DNA from: an uncultured Chloroflexia bacterium
GTDB taxonomy: Bacteria > Chloroflexota > Dehalococcoidia > Tepidiformales > Tepidiformaceae
NCBI GenBank assembly: GCA_963797735.1
Contig: CAWCQJ010000005.1
Coordinates: forward strand, 4,812-68,811
DNA: 64,000 nucleotides
Reading direction: 5' to 3'
Shown here: piece after piece, positions 19,126 to 27,392 of the stretch
Numbering within the stretch: the stretch's first letter is position 1
Layout of the letters: each line of letters starts with the position of its first letter
Made by a program: the position numbers and the translations under genes
Notes under the pieces: generated by a model
What the model saw: only the letters and a program-made list of their open reading frames with translations
What the model was told of the DNA's origin: nothing
The model's database searches: none

Positions 19126-21525
19126 TCACCCGCACTTGTTGTAGAAGCAGTTGTGGCAGATGAGGCAGCCTTCGGCGTAGTAGAGCACTGCGCCGCACTC
19201 GGGGCAGCCGACGCCGCTTGCCACGGCATCTGAATGCTTGCTGGCGGTCACGATTGGGTTGGTGCTCTCAGCGACTTCCTCCGCGGGGATGAGCGTCGGC
19301 TGGATGGAGGCGTTCGCCCCATCGAACTTCAACTCGAGCCATCGGAAGACGTAGTCCACGATGCTGGTCGCGATCGGGATCTGACGGTTGCTGGTCGGGC
19401 CGCTGGGTTCGAAGCGGGTGTTCTTCAACTTCGCGGACAGTTCACTCAACGGGACGCCGTACTGGAGCGAATAGCTCGTGAGCATCGCGACGGTGTCCAT
19501 GAGGCCAGAGACGGTGGAGCCCTGCTTGTTCACGTTGATGAAGACTTCGCCGGGGGTGCCGTCATCGAAGAGGCCGACGGTCATATAGCCTTCTTGCTCG
19601 CCTACGCGGAACTTGTGAGTGATGGCCTGGCGCTCATCGGGAAGCTTGCGCCGTACGGGGCCGTGCCCGGCCGTGAGAATCGCCTGGGCGGCCTCGATGG
19701 CCTTCTCGCCTTCCGACTTCGAAGCGTGCTTCAGGACCTGGAGTTCGCGGGAACCGTCGCGGTAAATGGTGATGCCGTTGCAGCCGGTTCGGTAGGCCAG
19801 TTCATAGGCGGTGCGCACGTCTTCGACGGTGGCGGTGTTCGGGAAGTTGATGGTCTTCGAGACTGCGTTGTCGGTGAACTCCTGGAAGGCCGCTTGCATG
19901 CGAACGTGCCAATCGGGAGCGATGTCGTGGGCAGTGACGAACGTGTCCTTCACCCACTGCGGGACTTCTGCGCGCTCCGCGAGATGTCCGCCTTCGGCGA
20001 GGAAGCGGATGAGCTCGTCGCTGAAGAAACCCTCTGCCTTGGCCACTGCCTCGAACTGCTCATTCACTTCGGCGAGTTCGGTGCGCTTGGTCGGGTCATC
20101 CTTATCGAGGTAATGCGAGCGGATGAAGGCGAGCGAGAACACCGGTTCGATGCCGCCGGAGCAGTTCGCGATGATGCTGAGCGTGCCGGTCGGGGCGATG
20201 GTGGTGCGAGTGGAGTTTCGCATCGGCCGCGGACCTTCCTGGCCGCCAGGCCCGTAAATGGACTCCTGCCAGTCTGGGAAGTTGCCGCGGACCATGGCGA
20301 GCTGTTGCGATGCCGCATCGGCTTCGCGCTGGATGTGCGACATCACTTCGCGGGCGGTCGCGAGTGCCTCTTCGGAGTTGTAAGGGACGCGGAGCTCGAT
20401 GAGCAGGTCGGCCCAGCCCATGACACCAAGTCCGATGCGTCGGATGGCATTCGAGGTCTCGGCAATCTCCGGGATCGGGTAATGGTTCATCTCGATGACG
20501 TTGTCGAGGAGGTGGACCGTGCGCCGGACGACGGTGCCGAGGCGCTCGAAGTCGACGGTTTTACTTCCGGGAGCACCCTTTACAAAATGCCCGAGGTTGA
20601 TAGAGCCAAGGTTGCAGGAGTCGTACGGGTAGAGCGGCTGCTCGCCGCAGGGGTTCGTCGATTCGACCGGGCCACGTGTGGGAACGGGATTAGCGCGGCC
20701 CTGGTTGATGCGGTCGATGAAGACGACACCCGGGTCGCCGTTCTTCCAGGCGTTGGCGAACATCGTCTCCCAGACCTGCCGAGCATCGCGCGTGCCGACC
20801 ACGGCCCCGGTCTGGGGATTGATGATGTCGAAATCTGTGCCAGCTTCGACGGCCTTCATGAACGGCTCGGTGACAGCGACGCTGATGTTGAAGTTCTGGA
20901 GCGTCGTCATGTCCGCCTTCATGGCGATGAATTCGTCGATGTCCGGATGGTCGACGCGGAGGATGCCCATGTTTGCGCCGCGGCGCGTGCCACCCTGCTT
21001 GATCGCTTCGGTCGCGGAATCGAAGACGCGCATGAAGGAGACCGGGCCGCTGGCAACGCCCATGGTGGAGCGAACGCGGTCGTTCGACGGTCGCAGGCGA
21101 GAGAACGAGAAGCCGGTGCCGCCGCCGGACTTATGGATGATGGCGGTGTGCTTTACGGTTTCGAAGATGCCGTCGATCGAGTCTTCAACCGGGAGCACGA
21201 AACACGCAGAAAGCTGCTGCAGCTCGCGGCCGGCGTTCACCAGGGTCGGCGAGTTGGGGAGAAAATCGAGTGAGGCCATAAGCCGGTAGAACGAGTTTTC
21301 GGCGGCGGCGCGGTCACCCTCGGTGCCACCGAAACGCATTTCCGCTTCGGCAAGATTGGAGGCCACTCGCTTGAACACGTCGTTGGGCGCCTCGAGGGCA
21401 TTGCCCTTGTCGTCGCGGCGGGCCACTCTGCGTTCGATCACGACCTTCGCGTTATCTGAAAGTTCTGCCGGGTCGAACTCGCCTGAGCCCCCGAAACCGA
21501 CTGTGTCCGAAGAAGTCGTGACCAT
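19126..21525 (-). CDS. nrdJ: adenosylcobalamin-dependent (class II) ribonucleotide reductase with C-terminal zinc ribbon
   Basis: 799 aa. ESTNPCGEQPLYPYDSCNLGSINL is the active-site signature. The C-terminus has CPECG...CLICHNC. ATG at 21525 with a GGGAG SD. Confidence 0.92.
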   Translation of the reverse strand: MVTTSSDTVGFGGSGEFDPAELSDNAKVVIERRVARRDDKGNALEAPNDVFKRVASNLAEAEMRFGGTEGDRAAAENSFYRLMASLDFLPNSPTLVNAGRELQQLSACFVLPVEDSIDGIFETVKHTAIIHKSGGGTGFSFSRLRPSNDRVRSTMGVASGPVSFMRVFDSATEAIKQGGTRRGANMGILRVDHPDIDEFIAMKADMTTLQNFNISVAVTEPFMKAVEAGTDFDIINPQTGAVVGTRDARQVWETMFANAWKNGDPGVVFIDRINQGRANPVPTRGPVESTNPCGEQPLYPYDSCNLGSINLGHFVKGAPGSKTVDFERLGTVVRRTVHLLDNVIEMNHYPIPEIAETSNAIRRIGLGVMGWADLLIELRVPYNSEEALATAREVMSHIQREADAASQQLAMVRGNFPDWQESIYGPGGQEGPRPMRNSTRTTIAPTGTLSIIANCSGGIEPVFSLAFIRSHYLDKDDPTKRTELAEVNEQFEAVAKAEGFFSDELIRFLAEGGHLAERAEVPQWVKDTFVTAHDIAPDWHVRMQAAFQEFTDNAVSKTINFPNTATVEDVRTAYELAYRTGCNGITIYRDGSRELQVLKHASKSEGEKAIEAAQAILTAGHGPVRRKLPDERQAITHKFRVGEQEGYMTVGLFDDGTPGEVFINVNKQGSTVSGLMDTVAMLTSYSLQYGVPLSELSAKLKNTRFEPSGPTSNRQIPIATSIVDYVFRWLELKFDGANASIQPTLIPAEEVAESTNPIVTASKHSDAVASGVGCPECGAVLYYAEGCLICHNCFYNKCG

Positions 21526-21619
21526 GATGTTTCTCCCACTTTTGCTGATCCGTCTGACGACGGGGGTTGATGACGATACGAACAAACGTTCTAGCTGTCC
21601 AGTGTTTCCGGTGATGAAT

Positions 21620-21940
21620 TCAGTGAGCGAACTCCCTGGCAGGAATTCGCACCTCGTCGCTCCGCATCAGGATCGGGTCACCGAGACGGGACCTTCCGGT
21701 GGCGAGCGCCTGGCCCAGGTGGCCGGGTTCGGGAGACGTGTAGTAGTTGAGCAACTCGGCGGCCGCATTTTCCGGGCCGATTTCGTCAATGAGGCGAAAG
21801 AGCTGGGCGGGCCGCATGTCGCGAATTGCGAGGAGGTAGCCCTTCTCCGAAAACAAGAGCCCGTCGATCTCGCAGTTACCTTCGCCCGTGGTGCGGATTC
21901 TCCCACCTGAGTTCATGGCATGGACTTCCCATATTTTCAT
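21620..21940 (-). CDS. hypothetical protein wedged between nrdR and nrdJ
   Basis: 106-aa ORF whose ATG lies 2 nt after the nrdR stop. Alternative ATG at 21916. No recognisable motif. Confidence 0.5.
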   Translation of the reverse strand: MKIWEVHAMNSGGRIRTTGEGNCEIDGLLFSEKGYLLAIRDMRPAQLFRLIDEIGPENAAAELLNYYTSPEPGHLGQALATGRSRLGDPILMRSDEVRIPAREFAH

Positions 21941-21942
21941 AG

Positions 21943-22512
21943 CTAGCTCACCGACTCTGCGAGATGGAGACTTTCGACATCTTGAAGAAGCCGCGGGCCG
22001 CGGGGACCCGGCGGAGTCAACTCAGGGAGACCAAGCTGGAGGTCTCGCTCTTCAACCGTGGGCACTCGGCCTTGCTGGAGAGCTTCGACGGCCTCTTTGA
22101 GGGACTCAATATCGGTGAATGAGCGATAGACCGAGGCGAACCGGATGTAGGCGATGTGGTCGAGACGGCGAAGGGCATCCATCGCGAGTTCTCCCAAAAC
22201 TGGCGATGGAACCTCGGGCCGTCCGTCGCTGTTCACCTTGGCTTCGATATCCCCGACGATGCCTTCGAGCTGAGCGACCGAAATGTCCCGCTTTGCGCAG
22301 GCGCTACGGAGCCCGCGGAGGAGCTTCTCCCTGGAGAACTCTTCGCGGCGCCCGTCGCGCTTGAGGATCTGGACGCTGGAGAACTGGACGTTCTCTACGG
22401 TGCTAAAGCGTTCGCCACAGGCGATGCACTGGCGGCGGCGACGAATGCCGTCATCGTTCGCCCGGCTATCGGTGACCTTGGAGTCTCGGAAGTGGCAGAA
22501 CGGACATCGCAT
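21943..22512 (-). CDS. nrdR: transcriptional repressor NrdR (zinc ribbon + ATP-cone) with a roughly 35-aa C-terminal extension
   Basis: MRCPFCHFRDSKVTDSR...RRRQCIACGERFSTVE and the ATP-cone segment KRDGRREEFSREKL. Confidence 0.92.
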   Translation of the reverse strand: MRCPFCHFRDSKVTDSRANDDGIRRRRQCIACGERFSTVENVQFSSVQILKRDGRREEFSREKLLRGLRSACAKRDISVAQLEGIVGDIEAKVNSDGRPEVPSPVLGELAMDALRRLDHIAYIRFASVYRSFTDIESLKEAVEALQQGRVPTVEERDLQLGLPELTPPGPRGPRLLQDVESLHLAESVS

Positions 22513-22574
22513 GGGTTGACGTAAAATCCTTGAAGCGTCTAGACACCTTAACAATTAATTGGGGTGCGTCGGCG

Positions 22575-22604
22575 AGTATGGATCAACATCTTGTGGGACG
22601 TCAA
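22575..22604 (-). promoter_or_regulatory. candidate sigma-70 promoter of the nrdR operon
   Basis: On the minus strand: TTGACG, 18-nt spacer, CATACT. One NrdR box fills the spacer. Confidence 0.5.
22583..22598 (-). promoter_or_regulatory. NrdR box (proximal)
   Basis: Minus strand TCCCACAAGATGTTGA resembles the published acaCwAtATaTwGtgt-type palindrome. Confidence 0.6.
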
Positions 22605-22612
22605 CAGTAATG

Positions 22613-22628
22613 GCACAAGATATTGTAC
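22613..22628 (-). promoter_or_regulatory. NrdR box (distal)
   Basis: Minus strand GTACAATATCTTGTGC lies about 31 bp (three helical turns) from the proximal box, the usual tandem arrangement. Confidence 0.65.
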
Positions 22629-22671
22629 CAGTCTTATGAACAGTTGGAGCGTGGTTCGAAGCCGGACGAGT

Positions 22672-23188
22672 CTAGCGAGGAATGCCGGGGCACTGGAATA
22701 AGCCGTGCACGCGGCCCTGATCCGGCGTCGTAATCGTGACGTCCATGTCGCCAGCGCCCGTGTCGTCTACGAAGATTGTGCCGTGGCCGGTCTGGTTGCC
22801 ATCGAGTTCGAATGTGACCATCGGGCCGGACCCCGGGACGCCATCCCAGATGTATTCACCGGGTCCATCGTAGTTCTCGATCACTACCCTGAAGGTATGG
22901 CTTTTGTCACCGACGAGGCCACGAAGTGCCATCTGGAACTTCCCCGCGCCGCCGGCGGGATCGCGAAGCCATGCGCAACTGGCCGAAGAGTCGATCATCG
23001 TGCCTTCGACGACGCCATTGAATTCAAGTTCTTGCATCGCCTGACCCGAGGACTGGTAAGCCAGTGATGGGTCCGCTGTCCGCGGGCTCAGGTGTCGCCG
23101 TTGGTTCGGGTTGAGCCGGGCCATCACCACAGGCGCTCACCAGCATGAGAGCGAGCGCCGCGAGGCCAACAAACCAGAGGGAACGCAT
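22672..23188 (-). pseudogene. lipoprotein of unknown function, frameshifted in the linker
   Basis: The signal peptide and lipobox MRSLWFVGLAALALMLVSAC plus a P/T/E linker are in one frame (ORF 23024-23338). The globular part (ORF 22672-23130) is in the adjacent frame. The junction lies somewhere in 23050-23110. Confidence 0.6.
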
Positions 23189-23244
23189 GACTGAAGCGTA
23201 GCGAGCGCCCGGGCTAGCCGCGATAAGAGGTTCAGCAGTCTTGC

Positions 23245-23565
23245 TTATCGCCGTGCCGAGGCCTTCGTTCGCTCGAAGTAATCGCAGGCCGGCGTGTCTG
23301 TGAACGGGTTCAGGATGCCGCTGGCGATGTGGAGGCACGTTCCTCGTCCGAAGTCGTGGTCTTCAATGAACTGCCGGCAATTCCCGCAGGTCCTCGGCTG
23401 TTCGCCTCGTGGGCCAAAGCCGGGGCGCATGCCCGCAATCTCGAGCAGCGACACGGGCTGAGGTTGGATGAAATCGTCTTCGGTTACCTGGGGTTCGCGC
23501 CGCCATCGTTCGCGGGACTGCTGATCTAGCTTTCGTTCGCGTTTGCGTTTCTTTCTATGGCCCAC
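23245..23565 (-). CDS. hypothetical Cys-rich protein with a basic N-terminus
   Basis: 106 aa. KKRKRERK at the N-terminus and a C-terminal CGNC...GTC...ACDYFE pattern that suggests metal binding. Confidence 0.5.
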   Translation of the reverse strand: MGHRKKRKRERKLDQQSRERWRREPQVTEDDFIQPQPVSLLEIAGMRPGFGPRGEQPRTCGNCRQFIEDHDFGRGTCLHIASGILNPFTDTPACDYFERTKASARR

Positions 23566-23613
23566 ACGAAGAGGTTACCGTGCAACGAACGGAATTGCAG
23601 GTTTGCTGCGAAG

Positions 23614-23817
23614 TCAGTCGCGAACGCGGGCGCGAGCCAACTGAGCCGTGCGCATTCGACAGGCGGCGATGGTCAAGGCCGCACACAATCCGGTTGCCAG
23701 GGTCATCCCCGCACCATCAGCGGCACCGAGGGTCGTTCGCAGACCCAACTCGATAGCGCACCAGACTGCCGCCGGCCAGGCCACGATTTCGAAGAGGTGG
23801 TACGTGCCGATTCTCAT
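23614..23817 (-). CDS. small membrane protein (67 aa)
   Basis: Two hydrophobic segments. 4-nt overlap with the stop of the REC-GGDEF-HD-GYP gene. Confidence 0.45.
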   Translation of the reverse strand: MRIGTYHLFEIVAWPAAVWCAIELGLRTTLGAADGAGMTLATGLCAALTIAACRMRTAQLARARVRD

Positions 23818-25346
23818 GCTGCAGCCTCACGATACTGGCGTTCGATGACTTTGACGAAGACTTCAGCGAAGTCGGGGTCAAATTGCGAGCCGCGGCCACG
23901 GAGAATTTCCTCGATGGCGCGGTCTCGGCTAAGCCCTTTTCGGTAGGGGCGGTCAGTGGTCATCGCGCTGAATGCGTCGGCAAGCGTGAAGAGCCGGGTT
24001 GGCGCGCTTATCTCCAGCCCCTTGAGGCCACCAGGGTATCCCTCGCCATCGATGCGCTCGTGGTGATGGCGAACCAGATCGACAACGATGTCATAGTCCG
24101 TCACCGCGGCTGTAATGGCTGCGCCAAGGAGCGGGTGCTCTTCCATAGCACGGCGTTCCTCGATGGTGAGCGGGCCTGGCTTCCGGAGGACTTCGTCGGC
24201 TACAACGATTTTGCCAAGATCATGAATCGGCCCGCCAATGGAAATGGCGCTCACTTCTTCATCGCTGAGGCCGACTTCCCGGGCGACAGCCAGCGCCAGT
24301 TGCGTGGCGTGGTCGCTATGGAAGCGGGTGTAGCTATCTCGGCGGTCGATGGCCTTCACGAGATTCCTGAGCGCCTTCAGGTTGCTGACCTTCAACAGTC
24401 CATCCGTCGGGGTATCGGCTGAACGACCAACGAGCGAGTCCGGCGACATGCTCTTGTCGAGGTACATCTTGTCTTCCGCTTCGGCGATCAGGTCGCGAGG
24501 GGATTCGTAACCGCGGAACGAGGCTATCCCGCAGCTGATTCTTGTTGGGAGGTTGATGCGGGCGCCGTTGACTACCTCAATCTCGGAGACGGCACGGCAG
24601 ACCCGGTCCATGACCTGGCGTGCCCGATATTCGTCCGATTCGGGGAACACCACCACAAATTCATCCCCGCCGAAGCGGGCGAAGCGGGCGGGCTGGACGA
24701 CGTGGCGGGTGAGAGCTGCGGCAACTTTTCGCAAGACGTGGTCGCCCTCTTCGTGGCCGACGAAGTCGTTGAGAAGCTTGAAGTTATCGATGTCCAGGTA
24801 GGCAACGGCCAGGGGCAGGTTGGTTCGTTGTGAATTTGAAACGGATTCGACGATGAATTCATCGATGAATCGGCGATTGGGGGAACCTGTGAGTGCATCG
24901 GTGTACGCGAGGGTGCGGTAGACGGTTGCCTGCTCGGCCTCGATTTGTCGTGCCCGGGTATCAACGGCCTTGTTCAGCATGTGCCAGAGGATTTCGGCAT
25001 CGAAGGGCTTGCCGAGGAAGTCGTCGGCGCCGGCCTTCATGGAACGGACGGCAACATCAACATCCACGAAACCGGTGATGGCCACGATCCCAGCGGCGGG
25101 GGCGACAACGCGCGTTTCAGCGATCACATCGAGGCCCGACATGTCGGGTAGGGAAATGTCGGAGGCGATCGCGTCGAATCGGTGTTGGCGAACGAGTTGT
25201 AGGGCCTCGACGCCACTCCTCGCGACGGTGACATCGCTGGTGTGCTGGCCGAGAACCAATTGGATCAAGCGACCGAGCGCAGGATCATCTTCGATGACCA
25301 GCACGCGCCGTAGCCTACGCCCGTCCAGGGAATCAATGCTATCCAT
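23814..25346 (-). CDS. response-regulator receiver + GGDEF + HD-GYP domain protein
   Basis: REC: VLVIEDD...DISLPDMSG...KPF. GGDEF: RFGGDEFVV. HD-GYP: HDLGK...HHERIDGEGYPGG. Start at ATG 25346 (or 25376). Confidence 0.88.
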   Translation of the reverse strand: MDSIDSLDGRRLRRVLVIEDDPALGRLIQLVLGQHTSDVTVARSGVEALQLVRQHRFDAIASDISLPDMSGLDVIAETRVVAPAAGIVAITGFVDVDVAVRSMKAGADDFLGKPFDAEILWHMLNKAVDTRARQIEAEQATVYRTLAYTDALTGSPNRRFIDEFIVESVSNSQRTNLPLAVAYLDIDNFKLLNDFVGHEEGDHVLRKVAAALTRHVVQPARFARFGGDEFVVVFPESDEYRARQVMDRVCRAVSEIEVVNGARINLPTRISCGIASFRGYESPRDLIAEAEDKMYLDKSMSPDSLVGRSADTPTDGLLKVSNLKALRNLVKAIDRRDSYTRFHSDHATQLALAVAREVGLSDEEVSAISIGGPIHDLGKIVVADEVLRKPGPLTIEERRAMEEHPLLGAAITAAVTDYDIVVDLVRHHHERIDGEGYPGGLKGLEISAPTRLFTLADAFSAMTTDRPYRKGLSRDRAIEEILRGRGSQFDPDFAEVFVKVIERQYREAAA

Positions 25347-25405
25347 CTGGGTAGATCGTCGGCATTCCAATTGCATCGCGTAGTGGAATCCTGCGAATGA
25401 GTTGG

Positions 25406-26074
25406 TTACTTTGCTCGGTCCACCCAGATTCGACTTGCCACCTGCGTACCCATGACTATTGACCGCTCGCCGATTCGGCCCGTAACGGTCCCGCGATAGG
25501 GCGCCACAGACTCAAGAATCACGGAAACGCCCGGACGAATACCTTCTTCGTCGAAGAACTGAAGCAGTTGTTCATCTTCTTCAAAAACTCGATCAACAAT
25601 GACGCGGTCGCCCTCACGAATGTCGGCGAGCGTAGTCATGGTGAGCTTTCGCACGGGTCCGTGCCCGGGGATTGGGTAGCCGAACGGACTACGCGAGGGG
25701 CGGCCCAGCGTTTCGAATAGGTGAGGCTCGGTGATATCGGAAATGCCATGTTCGAGGAGGTGGGCTTCTTCGTAGGCGCGCCACCAGGGAACTTTCAGGA
25801 CGTCAGTAATCAGGCATTCAGCCAGCCGATGGCGACGCACCATCTGTTCAGCGCGGCGCAAGCCTTCAGGTGTCAGGCGAATGATCTTCCTGGAATCGGT
25901 AGTGACGAGGTGATCACGAAGAAGACGTTTGAGCATGCCGGCAACCGAGGGCGGCGTGATATCCAGCCGATCGGCGAGGCGGACGGCGATGACGTCCTGG
26001 CCTTCGTCGTGGCTCAGGCGGTAGATCGCGGTCAGATAGTCATCGCTCGCAACATTCGAGACCTGCTTCGGCAT
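25406..26074 (-). CDS. DtxR/IdeR/MntR-family metal-dependent regulator with a C-terminal FeoA/SH3-like domain
   Basis: DYLTAIYRL...ITPPSVAGMLKRL HTH, then RRHRLAECLI...EEAHLLEH metal-site helices. Confidence 0.85.
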   Translation of the reverse strand: MPKQVSNVASDDYLTAIYRLSHDEGQDVIAVRLADRLDITPPSVAGMLKRLLRDHLVTTDSRKIIRLTPEGLRRAEQMVRRHRLAECLITDVLKVPWWRAYEEAHLLEHGISDITEPHLFETLGRPSRSPFGYPIPGHGPVRKLTMTTLADIREGDRVIVDRVFEEDEQLLQFFDEEGIRPGVSVILESVAPYRGTVTGRIGERSIVMGTQVASRIWVDRAK

Positions 26075-26199
26075 GCGGCGATCGTGCCACGAAACGGCTC
26101 AATGGAGCTAGCAAATAATTGCAGGCACCGAGAAACGGCCTCCGCCGCTCGGGAACTTCTCCGAAATGGCAGGCCCCGTACGCCCCGGAAATGGCGGAA

Positions 26200-26391
26200 T
26201 CAGGCGGCCTTGCGCTGGCTGAAGACTTCCACGCGATGCAGTGGAATCACATTGGTGGCGGGCATCGACGCGCCCTTGCCAAGATAGGCGACGACGCAGG
26301 GCGGCACGCTATCGGATGCCGACACGCAGGTTTCGCAGCGGTTGGCACGGCTCTGAGCATCGAACGGGCAGCCATTTTCAATTCGAGACAT
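26200..26391 (-). CDS. small four-cysteine protein (63 aa)
   Basis: GGGAGGA SD 7 nt before the ATG at 26391. Cys pattern C8-x10-C19-x2-C22-x9-C32. It lies directly upstream of the DtxR-family gene. Confidence 0.55.
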   Translation of the reverse strand: MSRIENGCPFDAQSRANRCETCVSASDSVPPCVVAYLGKGASMPATNVIPLHRVEVFSQRKAA

Positions 26392-26493
26392 TGGGTTGTC
26401 CTCCCGGGTTTCTAACATTTCTTTCGACAGGTCACGCCGGGTGGATGAGGGGTGTTTACCAAGTTTCACATGAGCGAAACACGCTTATCAGGG

Positions 26494-26528
26494 AAAAAGA
26501 GAGAGGGCTTCCGGAGAAGCCCTCTCTC
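26494..26528 (-). terminator. intrinsic terminator (minus strand)
   Basis: 13-bp stem GAGAGAGGGCTTC/GAAGCCCTCTCTC with loop CGGA, followed on the minus strand by TTTTT. Confidence 0.8.
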
Positions 26529-26547
26529 AAATCGACGAGGCTGGCGG

Positions 26548-26913
26548 TCACTGTGCAATACCAAGGCGGCTGCGGATTCGCTCAACGAATCCTTCCGACT
26601 CCTGGCTCAACAGCTTCTTGATTCGAGCCTCACGGTCGAGCTTGCGGAGCTCCTCGGCGTGCTCGTAGCGGCGGCGCAGGAACTCTGGCTCCGGTTGACC
26701 GAAGGCCGACACTCGCCCGTCCGACAGACTCAGTACGCGACCGTGCAGGACAACAAAATGGGACTGAAACACTTGTGGATTCCTTTCGGGGTGGCTGGAA
26801 CGGTTTTCGTTCCATTCGCTGGGCGGGTTAGGCGGTGCGTTCACGAAGGACCGCATCGGCTGGTTGTTCATCGGTAGCGGTCCGTGCTCGCCTGGCCATG
26901 CTGGCCCACGCAA
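26548..26913 (-). CDS. hypothetical protein (start uncertain; ATG 26871 plausible)
   Basis: The ORF ends 20 nt before the terminator. The C-terminal half is charged and helical (RRRYEHAEELRKLDREARIKKLL). It overlaps ORF 26828-27028 in another frame. Confidence 0.4.
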   Translation of the reverse strand: MRGPAWPGEHGPLPMNNQPMRSFVNAPPNPPSEWNENRSSHPERNPQVFQSHFVVLHGRVLSLSDGRVSAFGQPEPEFLRRRYEHAEELRKLDREARIKKLLSQESEGFVERIRSRLGIAQ

Positions 26914-27028
26914 TGCGATGACGAATTGCGTGATCCTTTTCGATGTCGATATAGCGCTTGTTCATCGCCATCGCCGCGAGCGCAGGTGATTGTGTTAGTA
27001 CAAAGTTCAACACGTTGAAACACTCCAA
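26828..27028 (-). CDS. hypothetical small ORF overlapping the N-terminus of 26548-26913
   Basis: MNKRYIDIEKDHAIRHRIAW... The two overlapping ORFs may be one frameshifted gene, or only one of them is real. Confidence 0.3.
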   Translation of the reverse strand: MECFNVLNFVLTQSPALAAMAMNKRYIDIEKDHAIRHRIAWASMARRARTATDEQPADAVLRERTA

Positions 27029-27199
27029 GATTCACTCGACGCCGATACGTTTCGGCGCGCACGAATACTTCTCGTTGCCATTTCTAGAAACGAAGATGTG
27101 AAAAAGATGGAAAGACTGGTGCCTGCGAAAATCGAGGCTGCATTCAATTGACGTGTTGGCGATGCCGAACGCGGCTCTGAGCGGGGCGCTGGTTCTGTT

Positions 27200-27234
27200 A
27201 AAACAAAAACGCCGTACCGCCAGGCGGTACGGCG
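27200..27234 (-). terminator. intrinsic terminator of the 18-codon mini-gene
   Basis: Near-perfect palindrome CGCCGTACCGCC-A-GGCGGTACGGCG followed on the minus strand by TTTTTGTTTT. Confidence 0.8.
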
Positions 27235-27262
27235 TCGAGGCCGTCCTGCTGTTACAGGATCA

Positions 27263-27319
27263 CTAGCCTATCGACGCGTCTCCGCGTGCGGTCGCCTGGA
27301 CGAAGATATCGTTAACCAT
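27263..27319 (-). CDS. 18-codon mini-ORF (MVNDIFVQATARGDASIG)
   Basis: AAGGAG SD, 6-nt spacer, ATG, 18 codons, then tandem stops TAG TGA. It has its own promoter-like element upstream and a strong terminator about 30 nt downstream. Confidence 0.45.
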   Translation of the reverse strand: MVNDIFVQATARGDASIG

Positions 27320-27363
27320 TGGACACTCCTTGCTGGCGTTGCCGCGCTTGTTGTTGATAAACG

Positions 27364-27392
27364 ATACTGCCCGCACAAAGGTTAACTGTCAA
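27364..27392 (-). promoter_or_regulatory. candidate sigma-70 promoter of the mini-gene
   Basis: Minus strand: TTGACA (27392..27387), 17-nt spacer, CAGTAT (27369..27364). Confidence 0.5.

Noticed and set aside
21526-21619. Cobalamin riboswitch or extra NrdR box upstream of nrdJ
   Set aside because: There is no B12-box (GCCACTG-like) or conserved riboswitch core, and no 16-bp NrdR-type palindrome. The region is only about 95 nt.
26075-26199. IdeR/DtxR operator upstream of the DtxR-family gene
   Set aside because: No convincing match to the TTAGGTTAGGCTAACCTAA-type palindrome. Only a short GCTAGC core is present.
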